A stretch of DNA of 64,000 nt from Acutalibacteraceae bacterium (lineage in GTDB: Bacteria > Bacillota > Clostridia > Oscillospirales > Acutalibacteraceae). Shown here piece by piece: positions 1-9,344 of the stretch. The notes under the pieces were generated by a model, which searched no databases, was not told the DNA's origin, and worked only from the letters and a program-made list of their open reading frames with translations. Position 1 is the first letter of the stretch, and the number at the start of each line of letters is the position of its first letter. A program made the position numbers and the translations under genes. The DNA lies in assembly GCA_045532505.1 (NCBI GenBank), contig JAZSGB010000070.1, positions 7,941-71,940 on the forward strand, in the 5' to 3' direction.

Positions 1-1
1 A

Positions 2-673
2 AATAAAGCTCCTAAAACATATTACGACAGAGTTCACGCCTGGGGTAGAATTTCTACAATATCAGCCCTTTGTGTACTCTTAATGTTCCCTGTAGCAATC
101 TGCCTTTACCTTAATGTTTTTCCACCTATAAGCGGTATTCTTCAAGGTCTTCTTAAGCTTATTCCTACTTACTGGACAGTTGCTGTTGTTGAAGTTCTTG
201 TTTATACACCTATGCTTGGTGCCGGTGGTACATACCTTTCATTCGTTACAGGTAATATTGCTAACCTTAAGCTTCCGTGTGCTATCAGCGCTATGGAGGG
301 CGCAGACGTTAAGGCAAACTCTGAGGAGGGCGAGGTCGTTTCAACAATTGCAATTGCAACATCCTCAATTGTTACAACTGCTGTGCTCGCAGTCGGTATT
401 CTTGCTTTTGCACCATTCCTTGATGAGTTCACAAACAGTCCTCTTCTTAAGCCTGCATTTGCACAGGTGCTCCCTGCACTTTTTGGTGCTTTAGGCGCAG
501 GCTACTTTATAAAGCATTGGAGAATTTCCTTCTTCCCGATTATTGTTATGATAATTGTGCTTATTTTCTCGCCGGGTATGGGCGCAAGCACACTCCTTTT
601 TGTAGGTATTGTTGCATCCGTAGGTGGCGCATTATTTATGTACAACAAGGGTATGCTCGATAAAGTAAAATAA
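2..673 (+). CDS. multi-pass membrane protein of unknown function (5' end upstream of window)
   Basis: The frame is open from nt 2 to the stop at 671-673. The translation is strongly hydrophobic with several TM-like segments. I recognise no motif. Confidence 0.5.
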   Translation, partial: NKAPKTYYDRVHAWGRISTISALCVLLMFPVAICLYLNVFPPISGILQGLLKLIPTYWTVAVVEVLVYTPMLGAGGTYLSFVTGNIANLKLPCAISAMEGADVKANSEEGEVVSTIAIATSSIVTTAVLAVGILAFAPFLDEFTNSPLLKPAFAQVLPALFGALGAGYFIKHWRISFFPIIVMIIVLIFSPGMGASTLLFVGIVASVGGALFMYNKGMLDKVK

Positions 674-689
674 ACATATTTTGAAAAAT

Positions 690-730
690 AATATATCCCT
701 TCTTCAACTTTTCTGAAGAAGGGATATATT
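690..730. terminator. bidirectional rho-independent terminator between convergent genes
   Basis: Perfect 17-bp stem (aatatatcccttcttca / tgaagaagggatatatt) with a 7-nt loop, flanked by A/T runs. Confidence 0.6.
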
Positions 731-1270
731 TCATTTACAAGCAAAATATTTATCTGCCTTGAGAATCATAACCTGTGTTTTAGAATCACGGATTTCTCCG
801 TTCATCACCATCTCAACTGCCTTTGCAAGTGGTATTTTTACCACCTCTACAAATTCATCATCATCGGGGTGCTGCTCACCCTGGTAAAGGTCTGTTGCGA
901 TATACATATATATTACTTCATCAATAAGGGCAGGTGTTGTGTAAAGCTCACCCATAGGCACCACATTTTTTGCCTCGTAGCCTGTTTCCTCAGAAAGCTC
1001 ACGCATTGCAGCAGCTAATGGGTCTTCACCTTTTTCAAGCTTACCTGCAGGCACCTCAAGTGTAACCTTTGCAAGAGCATAACGATACTGGTTAACAAAT
1101 ATTATTTCCCCATCATCTGTAAGTGGCAAAACACAAACTGCACCGGGGTGGCGAATAACCTCCCTTACGCCCTTATGACCGTTAGGAAGTAAAATTTCAT
1201 CCTTAAAAAGGTGTATTGCAACGCCGTCAAAAATTTCTTCGGAGGAAAGCTTTTTTTCTTCAAGATTCAT
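731..1270 (-). CDS. NUDIX hydrolase (ADP-ribose pyrophosphatase-like)
   Basis: Nudix box GKLEKGEDPLAAAMRELSEETGY (GX5EX7REUXEEXGU). AAGGAG RBS upstream of the ATG. Confidence 0.8.
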   Translation of the reverse strand: MNLEEKKLSSEEIFDGVAIHLFKDEILLPNGHKGVREVIRHPGAVCVLPLTDDGEIIFVNQYRYALAKVTLEVPAGKLEKGEDPLAAAMRELSEETGYEAKNVVPMGELYTTPALIDEVIYMYIATDLYQGEQHPDDDEFVEVVKIPLAKAVEMVMNGEIRDSKTQVMILKADKYFACK

Positions 1271-1397
1271 TAAAAGGAACTCCTTATTATTAAATTGTTA
1301 AACTTATTTTACTTCATATTTTTGTTTTACACAACCATATTTGCAAAATTTCTTGGTTTGATGTATAGTAAACACATACTAAAAAAGAGGTAACATT

Positions 1398-1997
1398 ATG
1401 CTTATTTATATTATTCGCCACGGAGAAACATACGGAAATTTAACAGGCTGTGGCTTTGGAGAGACAGACCTTAGCCCCGACGGCAGAAAGCAAATTGCGT
1501 ATTTAGGCAAACGCTTTATAAAAACCCCTATAGATAAAATTTACACAAGTCCACTTATAAGGGCTGTAAAAACTGCAAATGCTATAAGGAGCTTTCATTT
1601 AGAAACACCTATAGAAATACACTCGCAGCTTTTGGAAAAAGGCACAGCACCCGATTACATTGGTCTGCCTGATGAGGAGCTTTTAGCACTATGCCCTACT
1701 GCAAAAATTATGCCTCGTACCCCGTTAGGTGAGGAGGACCACACCAAAGCATACGAAAGAGCCTGTAGCTTTATTGAAAAAGTAAAAGCAGAAAACAGCT
1801 TTGACGACACAGTTGTAATAGTTGCCCACGGCACATTTAACTCTTACCTTGTGCTTGCAGCTCTTGGCTTTCCGTATAAAGAGAATTTTAATTTTTCTCA
1901 CCTTAACACAGGCGTTACACTTGTGCAGTACCTGGAAGAGGACGGCATTATAAAAACAAAGCTAAAATACTTGAATGATACGAGCCATTTAAAATAG
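1398..1997 (+). CDS. histidine phosphatase family protein (phosphoglycerate mutase-like)
   Basis: N-terminal IIRHGET (RHG catalytic motif) and a downstream AHG motif. RBS agagg. Confidence 0.75.
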   Translation: MLIYIIRHGETYGNLTGCGFGETDLSPDGRKQIAYLGKRFIKTPIDKIYTSPLIRAVKTANAIRSFHLETPIEIHSQLLEKGTAPDYIGLPDEELLALCPTAKIMPRTPLGEEDHTKAYERACSFIEKVKAENSFDDTVVIVAHGTFNSYLVLAALGFPYKENFNFSHLNTGVTLVQYLEEDGIIKTKLKYLNDTSHLK

Positions 1998-2118
1998 TCG
2001 GGAATTACACTCGTTTTGCTTACGCAAAATGAGTTTTTGTACCACCCACCAACGCAAGCGTTGGTCCCCTCCTCCAAACCTTCGGTTCGCAAGAGGGTCA
2101 GGCTTCGCAACACTTTAA

Positions 2119-2257
2119 TTCTTGCGAAGCTTGTAAGGGACGGATTTCAGCCGTCCCGTTGTTTTTCTTTGCTTTCGGGCGGGCTACAATCCCGCCCTTA
2201 CAGTTGTTCTACCTAACTTTGCGTAGCTCTGGTAGCTGGCAGCTGGCGACCGGCAGC
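2119..2257 (+). repeat. GC-rich hairpin-module intergenic repeat, copy A
   Basis: Core 2130-2257 is almost identical to the reverse complement of 9345-9474. It contains hairpins gggacgg/ccgtccc and gggcggg/cccgccc. Confidence 0.9.
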
Positions 2258-2388
2258 TTTACAATCGCAACGCAGTTCCGAGATTTTGAATTTTACATTT
2301 TGAATTTTTAATTTTAGCGTAGCTTATAATTACGGCGTAGCTCCTCAAGTCCTAATTCCTCATTCCTAATTCCCAACGTTCTCCCCTC

Positions 2389-2417
2389 TTGACTAAAACA
2401 AAAATTTAATGTAAAAT
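2389..2417 (+). promoter_or_regulatory. sigma-A type promoter for rnpB
   Basis: TTGACT - 17 nt - TAAAAT, ending about 7 nt before the predicted RNase P RNA 5' end. Confidence 0.6.
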
Positions 2418-2423
2418 ACCCCT

Positions 2424-2764
2424 TGGTAAAATGGGCAGTCGCGGAGGCGCTTTGGCGCAGACGAGGAAAGTCCGGGCATCACACGGCAGGGTAACTGCTA
2501 ACGGCAGCCGAGGGTAACCTTAGGGATAGTGCAACAGAGATATACCGCCGATTTTTTCGGTAAGGGTGGAAAGGCGAGGTAAGAGCTCACCGGCGTGGTG
2601 GAGACATCACGGCCATGTAAACCCTACCCGATGCAACACCGACCGGGGAGTTTGCCGGACAGCGATTTTTCGCATCCCCAACGGGTGGCTAAAGCCGTGT
2701 GGCAACACACGGCGTAGATAGATGATTGCCTTAAACGACAGAACCCGGCTTACATTTTTACCTA
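2424..2764 (+). ncRNA. rnpB: RNase P RNA (bacterial, type-A-like)
   Basis: Universal P4 strands GAGGAAAGTCCGGGC (2463-2477) and ACAGAACCCGGCTTA (2738-2752). Also GTGCAACAGAGA and GGTAAGGGTGGAAAGG..GGTAAGAGC motifs. The 5' ggtaaaatg pairs with the 3' catttttacc (P1). Confidence 0.93.
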
Positions 2765-2811
2765 AAGGAGTTGTAGAAAACCTATGTTTTTTACAGCTCC
2801 TTAATTTTTTT
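2765..2811 (+). terminator. rho-independent terminator after rnpB
   Basis: Stem aaggagttgta / tacagctcctt (one G-U pair) followed by taattttttt. Confidence 0.55.
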
Positions 2812-2880
2812 AAAAAATTATGTCAACTTTTTCATAATTTTACACAATATATTGAAAGCGCTTTTGAAAGGAGTGAGCAG

Positions 2881-3408
2881 ATGAGTATAAAACAAACGGC
2901 AAATGAGAAGCTGGATAGAGATTACAGGCTGTATTATACGGGTCTGCTGCGCTTCTGCAATGTTAAGCTAAAAAACCGGGAGCAAGCCGATGATTGCGTT
3001 CAAGAGTGTTTTTACATACTTTATGAGCACTATATGAAAAATGAGGATATTAAAAATGTTCTCGGCTTTTTGTATAAGGTTGCCGATAATTTAATAAAAG
3101 CCCAATGGCGAGAAAATCAAAAGGCAGAAAATGTGGTGCAAATAGACAGTATTGCAGATACGGTACCTGCAAAAGACGACAAGTACAGCGATATTGACTA
3201 CGATTTGCTGGCAGAACAGCTTTTGCAGACCTTAAACGAATCAGAAAAAGAGCTATACAGATTAAAATACATTGAGCATAAATCAATCAAACAAATTGCC
3301 GATGAGCTTAACACCTCTTTCGATGCAGTTGCCAAACGACTGTCGCGATTACGGCAAAAAATAAAAGAGCACATTACAGAGCACTTTAAAGGAGGCGATG
3401 ATTTTTGA
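2881..3408 (+). CDS. ECF-like sigma-70 family RNA polymerase sigma factor
   Basis: Region-2-like (DDCVQECFYILYEHY) and region-4 HTH (KSIKQIADELNTSFDAVAKRLSRLRQKI). The start is taken at the ATG after RBS aggagtg, because the longer track ORF (from 2722) would overlap rnpB. Confidence 0.8.
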   Translation: MSIKQTANEKLDRDYRLYYTGLLRFCNVKLKNREQADDCVQECFYILYEHYMKNEDIKNVLGFLYKVADNLIKAQWRENQKAENVVQIDSIADTVPAKDDKYSDIDYDLLAEQLLQTLNESEKELYRLKYIEHKSIKQIADELNTSFDAVAKRLSRLRQKIKEHITEHFKGGDDF

Positions 3409-4385
3409 AAACTTCATTAAAAAATAGTTTTATTACAAATGAAAATTTGAATGATGAATTATTTTACAATGCTTTAGCAGAAGAGCTAAATGCAATTATG
3501 GAAAACGAATTAAGCAAAAGCTATGAAGATATAAATCCGGAAATCATTGACGACTGTTGCGCTGCATTGACTTCCATTTACGAAATACAAAACGGAGAAA
3601 CCGAGAACACAGAAAATATATGGGTTATAAATAATGTAATAAAAAAATACAAGCTTCAGCAAAGGAAAAAGACAGCCTTGGCTGCTGCGTGTGCTGCCGT
3701 TGCAATACTTTCTGTAGGAGTTGCTGCTTTTTCTGTTGAGGGCAACACAATTGCAGAGGGTAGCTTAATAAAAAATGCTATAGGTAAATTTGAAACCCTA
3801 TTTACTGTTCACGCTCCACCAACAGAGCACACAACCGAAAGCCCACCCGAAACCACGGCAGAAAGCACCAAACAGGAAAATACAACAATCACTCCTGCTA
3901 CAACAAGGGAAGAAAACCAAATTAAAAGCATTGCCGTTTTACCCCCACCCGGCTTTTTAAGCACCTTCTCTTCTCGAGAAAGCATTTCGTTGAATAACTT
4001 TTTTATAACAATCAGCTACCAAAACGGAGAAAAAGAAACCTTACCTATTTCTGCAGCTACTTACGAAATACTACAAACTCAAGAGGATGGACTTACAGAA
4101 ATAAAAATCTGCTACAAGGCTTTTACAACATCGTTTTATGTAACTGTTTTGCCCGAAGAAAAGCTAAACCCTGTAATAATTACATCACTTTACGGCACAT
4201 TTGAAAACAGCTACAGTGTGGAGGAAATGCGAGTTTTTGCAGTATTAAGTGACGGAACTGAAAAAGAAATACCTAAATCAGACTGCACTATAACAACACA
4301 AGAGCTAAAAGACGGTGGCGTAACAGAAACCATTGTAACCGTTGAGTATGAAAGCTGCAGCTTTCAGTTTTTGATAGGAGGATAA
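3405..4385 (+). CDS. putative membrane-anchored anti-sigma factor with extracellular Ig-like region
   Basis: The TTG start overlaps the sigma stop (TTGA), preceded by GGAGG. One TM helix (ALAAACAAVAILSVGVAAF) follows a ~90-aa cytoplasmic part. The C-terminal part is beta-rich. The function is inferred from position only. Confidence 0.45.
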   Translation: MKTSLKNSFITNENLNDELFYNALAEELNAIMENELSKSYEDINPEIIDDCCAALTSIYEIQNGETENTENIWVINNVIKKYKLQQRKKTALAAACAAVAILSVGVAAFSVEGNTIAEGSLIKNAIGKFETLFTVHAPPTEHTTESPPETTAESTKQENTTITPATTREENQIKSIAVLPPPGFLSTFSSRESISLNNFFITISYQNGEKETLPISAATYEILQTQEDGLTEIKICYKAFTTSFYVTVLPEEKLNPVIITSLYGTFENSYSVEEMRVFAVLSDGTEKEIPKSDCTITTQELKDGGVTETIVTVEYESCSFQFLIGG

Positions 4386-4388
4386 ACT

Positions 4389-7300
4389 ATGAAGAATATA
4401 TTTAAAAAATCATTATCTGTAATTTTAACGTTATTAATTTTATTATCTGCAGCACCACTAAACCTTATCCCCCTTGCAGGTGCAACAGAAAATGCAATTG
4501 AGTGGACATTTTCAAAAAACACTCTCGTTGTAACAGGCTCAGGAGAGCTGTCAGAAGAATACACCTCAACTGAAGAATGGCAGAATATGAAGGGAACTTG
4601 TATAAACCTTCGCATTGAAGGCAATATTTCTGCTATCAGCGATAATGCTTTTATGGGTTTTGCATTACTTAAAAATGTTGAAATTTCAAGCGAAATCACA
4701 AAAATAGGTAAAAACGCATTCACCAACTGCATCAGACTCAACAAAATCACATTGCCGAATACTGTTATAGAAATTGGTAGCTACGCTTTTTCTAATTGCA
4801 AGGTTCTCGGAACAATTACTCTCCCTGATTCAGTTACAGCAATAGGTGATTATGCTTTTGCAGATTGCGTAGCTTTAAAAGAAATTACTGTGCCACAGAA
4901 TGTAACAGAAATTAAAGAATACACTTTCTCCAACTGCAAGGCTCTCGAAGTAGTTAATTTACCTGATTCTATTACAACAATCGGTGATTATGCTTTTGTG
5001 GATTGCGTGGCAATAAATAAAATTAATGCACCACAGAACATAGTTGAAATTGGAGCCTGGGCTTTCAAAAATTGTAATTGTTTTGACGGTAAAGCTCTTG
5101 TACTTCCGGACACCTTGCAAAAGCTGGGCAGAGGTTGCTTTTACGGAGCAAACATAGTTAGCCTTACCACACCATTTGTTGGCGTTGGTGAATTATCTGA
5201 AGGCGAAGCAACATATAACACCTCATACACTTTAGGCTATATGTTTGGTGATATCGAGTTTGATGGTGCTTACATGTGTTGGGATGACTACGACAGAGAT
5301 TACTACTACGTACCGGAATCTTTAAAAGAGGTTGTAATAACAAGAGATGTTTATCCCCGTAACTTTGCACAGGCAGAAAAAGTTGAAAGGATAGTTATTA
5401 AAGATACTGTTGAAATAACTGAGATTCCCTCACACTTTGTATTTCAGTGTACATATCTTCAGGAATTAGTTATTGAAAACCCTGACCCTATAACATATAT
5501 AGGTACGGAAGCTTTTCGTAGTTGCGATGGCCTTGAAAGCTTCCAAATTCCTGAAAACGTAACAGAAATCGCCTACTTTGCTTTTGGAAACTGCACCTTC
5601 AGTAGCATTGAGTTACCTCAAAAGCTCAAAGTAATCGGCGAGTATGCTTTTCAGAACAACCCAAATCTTACAAGCATAGTGATTCCTGACAGTGTGGTTA
5701 TAATTCACGATTATGCTTTTGCATACTGCGAAAATCTTGAAACTGTAATTCTTCCCGACCCTGCTCCTTCTATGGGTGAATTCACCTTCTCAGAAACAAA
5801 ATACGGTGGCTTTGACGAAATGCTCAACCCTGACTTCTCCATCTCCGAGGACGGAACACTCAAGGCTTATTGGGGAGACGATGAAAACGTTGTTGTCCCT
5901 GAGGGTGTTAAGCTGATTGGCACTGCCTTTGCAGGCAATGAAACAATTAAAAGCATAACCTTACCAAGCACACTTGTAGAAATTGAACACAGAGCATTTG
6001 ACGGCTGTAAAAGTATTACAGAGCTTGTAATTCCCGATAGTGTAAGAACAATTAATGAAGGTGCTTTTGCAGGCTTATGTAATCTTAAAAAGCTAACTGT
6101 TCCTTTTGTCGGAAAAACCAGGGATGTAAAAACCGATACAGAAGAAGCTCTTATAGGCTACTGGTTCAGTACGTATGATGACCACGATTGTATTTACAAC
6201 TGCTATAGCTACCTTACAGAAATAAAACAAACATACAAGAGTGAAGCTTATTTCAGACGTTCATATAAACCACGTTATTTTACAGAGCTTACAGTAACCG
6301 ACTCCATACTTCGCTCAAATGCTTTACAGAACTACGGACTTACCGTTTTGAACTTAGGTGCAAACGTTACAGGCATAGAAGAATATGCAGCAAATGAGCT
6401 TGGACTTGAACAAATAAATTTTGACGAGAACATTCAAATCACAGAAATTCCCGATTACGCTTTTTGTAACAATAAAATTACAACAATTACCATTCCAAAG
6501 AGTGTAAAGAAAATAGGCAAAGCATTTATTTGTGATTACTATCCGGATAACAAGTTAGCCGAAATCAACTTAAATGAAGGACTTGAAATTATTGACGGCT
6601 CCTTCGCAGGCGCCAAAATCACATCAATAGAATTCCCAAGCACGCTAAAAAGAATACTCAAATACTCCTTCAGAAACTGCGTTGGCTTAGAATATGTAGA
6701 ATTTCCTGAAAACATGTACGAAATCGGCGACTGGGCATTTGAGATTTGCTTTAACCTTAAAGAGGTTGTTTTCTCCGATACAATCATTAAAATTGGCGCT
6801 TGTGCTTTCCTTGATTGTCCTATTACGAGAGTAGTAATGCCTGAAAATATGACATACGTTGTTGATAACAGCTTCTTTGACAGCGAGGAATTGGAGATTG
6901 TCATAATCGGTAGCAATGTGTCAAGAATCGGCGAACAGGCATTTGCTAACTGCCCTTCCCTTGAAATGGTTGTTATCCCCGATAATGTTACATCAATAAG
7001 TGATACAGCGTTTAGCGACTCCGGTGAAAACCTTGTTATTTACTGCAACGAAGGCTCATACGCACAAAAATATGCTATACAAAATAACATTAAGTACACA
7101 ACCCTTGTTTTAGATGCAATACCTAACCAAACCTACACAGGCATGGCTATTGAGCCCTCTGTTGGTGCCAAGGCAAACAATGTAGCACTGGCACTTAACA
7201 CAGAGTATAGCCTTAGCTACAGCAACAATATTGATGTTGGCGTAGCAAACATTACTGCAAGGGGCTTAGGCGACTTTAAGAACCTTATTGCAACAGGCAA

Positions 7301-7826
7301 TTTCAACATTATACAGCGCCAAATGAATGCTGTTGATATTTCCTTTAGTGGTGATGCAGAATACTCACCAAATGGTATTGAGCCTGATATAACCCTCCGT
7401 TTAAACAGTAAAAGACTGCGCCAAGGTGAGGATTACGAAATACTTGGCCTTGATAAAATAAAGGGAACAGGCTACTATAACATTACCCTTAAGGGTATGG
7501 GTAATTTTGGTGGAACACATAACCTTACCGTAGAGGTACTCCCACGCAGCATTCGAAAAACCTCGTTTGCTACCTCGGGCGATGAATATTTGCTCACCGA
7601 TTCACAATATACATTAGTTAAAGGCGTTGATTATAAAATAATAACTCGCACCAATGATGACGGTGCAGAGGAAAAGTATGTTGTTGGTATTGGCAACTAC
7701 AACGGTGAAATACTTGCAAGCTCACCAAACCTGCCTTCAACCAAATTCCCGGGCAACAACGCACTTTTAGTAATATTTGAATTTTTAAGAAGCTTTTTCT
7801 CTATGATTTTCGGAATATTCAAATAA
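4389..7826 (+). CDS. large BspA-type leucine-rich-repeat cell-surface protein with C-terminal Ig-like repeats
   Basis: N-terminal signal peptide. Many tandem modules of the type I.LP.SV..IG.YAF..C..L. C-terminal YTG..I.P...DY...Y.NN.NVG.A repeats. Hydrophobic tail with no LPXTG. Confidence 0.85.
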   Translation: MKNIFKKSLSVILTLLILLSAAPLNLIPLAGATENAIEWTFSKNTLVVTGSGELSEEYTSTEEWQNMKGTCINLRIEGNISAISDNAFMGFALLKNVEISSEITKIGKNAFTNCIRLNKITLPNTVIEIGSYAFSNCKVLGTITLPDSVTAIGDYAFADCVALKEITVPQNVTEIKEYTFSNCKALEVVNLPDSITTIGDYAFVDCVAINKINAPQNIVEIGAWAFKNCNCFDGKALVLPDTLQKLGRGCFYGANIVSLTTPFVGVGELSEGEATYNTSYTLGYMFGDIEFDGAYMCWDDYDRDYYYVPESLKEVVITRDVYPRNFAQAEKVERIVIKDTVEITEIPSHFVFQCTYLQELVIENPDPITYIGTEAFRSCDGLESFQIPENVTEIAYFAFGNCTFSSIELPQKLKVIGEYAFQNNPNLTSIVIPDSVVIIHDYAFAYCENLETVILPDPAPSMGEFTFSETKYGGFDEMLNPDFSISEDGTLKAYWGDDENVVVPEGVKLIGTAFAGNETIKSITLPSTLVEIEHRAFDGCKSITELVIPDSVRTINEGAFAGLCNLKKLTVPFVGKTRDVKTDTEEALIGYWFSTYDDHDCIYNCYSYLTEIKQTYKSEAYFRRSYKPRYFTELTVTDSILRSNALQNYGLTVLNLGANVTGIEEYAANELGLEQINFDENIQITEIPDYAFCNNKITTITIPKSVKKIGKAFICDYYPDNKLAEINLNEGLEIIDGSFAGAKITSIEFPSTLKRILKYSFRNCVGLEYVEFPENMYEIGDWAFEICFNLKEVVFSDTIIKIGACAFLDCPITRVVMPENMTYVVDNSFFDSEELEIVIIGSNVSRIGEQAFANCPSLEMVVIPDNVTSISDTAFSDSGENLVIYCNEGSYAQKYAIQNNIKYTTLVLDAIPNQTYTGMAIEPSVGAKANNVALALNTEYSLSYSNNIDVGVANITARGLGDFKNLIATGNFNIIQRQMNAVDISFSGDAEYSPNGIEPDITLRLNSKRLRQGEDYEILGLDKIKGTGYYNITLKGMGNFGGTHNLTVEVLPRSIRKTSFATSGDEYLLTDSQYTLVKGVDYKIITRTNDDGAEEKYVVGIGNYNGEILASSPNLPSTKFPGNNALLVIFEFLRSFFSMIFGIFK

Positions 7827-7842
7827 TACACTACCCATAAAG

Positions 7843-7879
7843 AACGGTTGCGAGCTTATGCTTGCAACCGTTTTAATTT
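7843..7879 (+). terminator. rho-independent terminator
   Basis: Stem aacggttgcgag / cttgcaaccgtt followed by ttttaattt. Confidence 0.6.
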
Positions 7880-7906
7880 GACAATGTATGTAGTTTCTTG
7901 TATAAT
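7878..7906 (+). promoter_or_regulatory. consensus sigma-A promoter for the alanine symporter gene
   Basis: TTGACA - 17 nt - TATAAT exactly. Confidence 0.7.
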
Positions 7907-7936
7907 TTTGTCAACGCTTTTGAAGGTGGTAAACAT

Positions 7937-9340
7937 ATGTTTGAAGATATTATTAACTCCATAAGCAATGCGCTTTACAGCTATATTTTAATAATTCTGC
8001 TTGTGCTCGGTGGCTTAATTTTTTGCTTTAAAACAAGGTTTGTACAATTCAGACTTTTTAAAGAGCAAATAAAGGCTGTTACCGAAAAGCCTGCCGACGG
8101 TAAGGGTGTTTCATCCTTTCAGGCGCTTATGGTTTCAACTGCATCACGAGTGGGCACCGGCAATATTATAGGTGTTTCCACAGCACTTTGCTTAGGTGGC
8201 TTCGGCTCCGTTTTTTGGATGTGGGTTATTGCCATTATAGGCAGCGCCTCTGCTTTCATTGAAAGCACCCTTGCCCAAATTTACAAAAAGAAAAATGCAG
8301 ACGGCACCTATTCGGGTGGCCCTGCATATTACATAGGCACAGCACTTAAAAACAAGCCTTTTGCTGTTATTTTTACCATTCTTCTTATTTTTACCTATGG
8401 TGTAGGCTTTAATATGCTTGCTTCATATAACCTTCAATCCACATTTTCAAGCTACAGCTTTTACAACCCCGAAACAACTCCTTGGGTAATAGGTATTATT
8501 TTAGCCATTATTTGTGGCTACTGCCTTATTGGTGGTGGCAAGCGTATAATTAGCGTTACATCTGTTTTAGTACCTATTATGGGCTGTGCATATATACTTG
8601 TAGCCTTAATTATTGTTGCTATAAATTTTAAAATATTGCCTGATATTTTTAAAACCATATTTACACAGGCATTTGATTTTGGCGCTATATTCGGTGGCTT
8701 TTCAGGTTCCTGCGTAATGTTTGGCATTAAGCGTGGGCTTTTCAGTAATGAAGCCGGTGTAGGCTCTGCACCAAACGCCTCTGCCTCTGCAGATGTTGAG
8801 CACCCTGTTAAGCAAGGTCTTGTGCAGGTTCTTTCTGTTTTTATTGATACTGTTCTTGTTTGCTCTGCATCTGCTTTTATGTGTATGTGCTCGGGCATTG
8901 AGCCATCTGAAAAGCTTTCGGGCGCACCGTACGTACAAGCAGCACTGCAACAAACACTTGGCAATTTTGGCCCCATATTTATAACTGTTGCCATGATTCT
9001 TTTTGCTTTTACAACCCTTTTAGGCAACATTTATTACGTTGATATGGCAGTTATTTACCTTTGCAAAAAAGAGCCTAAAAAATGGGTTATGAACCTTTAC
9101 CACATTTTTGCTGCTGTTTTAATTTTTGTGGGTGCCGGCCTTAGTGCAGATTTACTGTGGAATATTGCAGATATTGCAATGGGTGGTATGACTATTATAA
9201 ATATGCCTGTTATACTTATATTGAGTAAACACGCTGTTGCAGCATTAAAGGATTACGACAAGCAGCGCAAGCAAGGCGTAACACCTGTATTTAAAGCTAA
9301 AAACATAAACCTGCCACACGATGTGGATTGCTGGAAATAA
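7937..9340 (+). CDS. sodium:alanine symporter family (AGCS) transporter
   Basis: GVSSFQALMVSTASRVGTGNIIGVSTAL signature region and about 10 TM segments. The ATG at 7937 follows RBS gaaggtgg, whereas the track start at 7898 sits inside the promoter. Confidence 0.85.
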   Translation: MFEDIINSISNALYSYILIILLVLGGLIFCFKTRFVQFRLFKEQIKAVTEKPADGKGVSSFQALMVSTASRVGTGNIIGVSTALCLGGFGSVFWMWVIAIIGSASAFIESTLAQIYKKKNADGTYSGGPAYYIGTALKNKPFAVIFTILLIFTYGVGFNMLASYNLQSTFSSYSFYNPETTPWVIGIILAIICGYCLIGGGKRIISVTSVLVPIMGCAYILVALIIVAINFKILPDIFKTIFTQAFDFGAIFGGFSGSCVMFGIKRGLFSNEAGVGSAPNASASADVEHPVKQGLVQVLSVFIDTVLVCSASAFMCMCSGIEPSEKLSGAPYVQAALQQTLGNFGPIFITVAMILFAFTTLLGNIYYVDMAVIYLCKKEPKKWVMNLYHIFAAVLIFVGAGLSADLLWNIADIAMGGMTIINMPVILILSKHAVAALKDYDKQRKQGVTPVFKAKNINLPHDVDCWK

Positions 9341-9344
9341 ATCA

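Noticed and set aside
180-494. Alternative-frame and antisense ORFs from the six-frame track that lie inside longer genes. Examples are 180-494, 202-432, 8518-9030, 10116-10505, 20665-21108, 44455-44961, 45669-46163, 53711-54094, 56441-56968 and 58660-59049.
   Set aside because: Each is fully embedded in, or antisense to, an ORF with clear family motifs. They lack RBSs and have low-complexity or odd composition, as expected for shadow ORFs.
2016-2216. 66-aa ORF in the gap after the phosphatase gene.
   Set aside because: It lies entirely within the hairpin-module repeat region, has no RBS, and part of it recurs in inverted orientation at 9.4 kb in a non-coding context.
2221-2380. Reiterated short words (gcgtagct, attttgaatttt, ttcctaattcc) as a possible CRISPR or mini-array.
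   Set aside because: The repeats are 8-12 nt, irregularly spaced and not separated by uniform spacers. No cas genes are present.
2722-2880. N-terminal extension of the sigma-factor ORF (track start at 2722).
   Set aside because: It would overlap the 3' end of rnpB and its terminator. The ATG at 2881 has an RBS and gives a normal-length sigma factor of about 175 aa.
7898-7936. Longer start for the alanine symporter (MYNFVNAFEGGKH...).
   Set aside because: That start codon sits inside the spacer and -10 of a perfect TTGACA-17-TATAAT promoter. The ATG at 7937 has an RBS.
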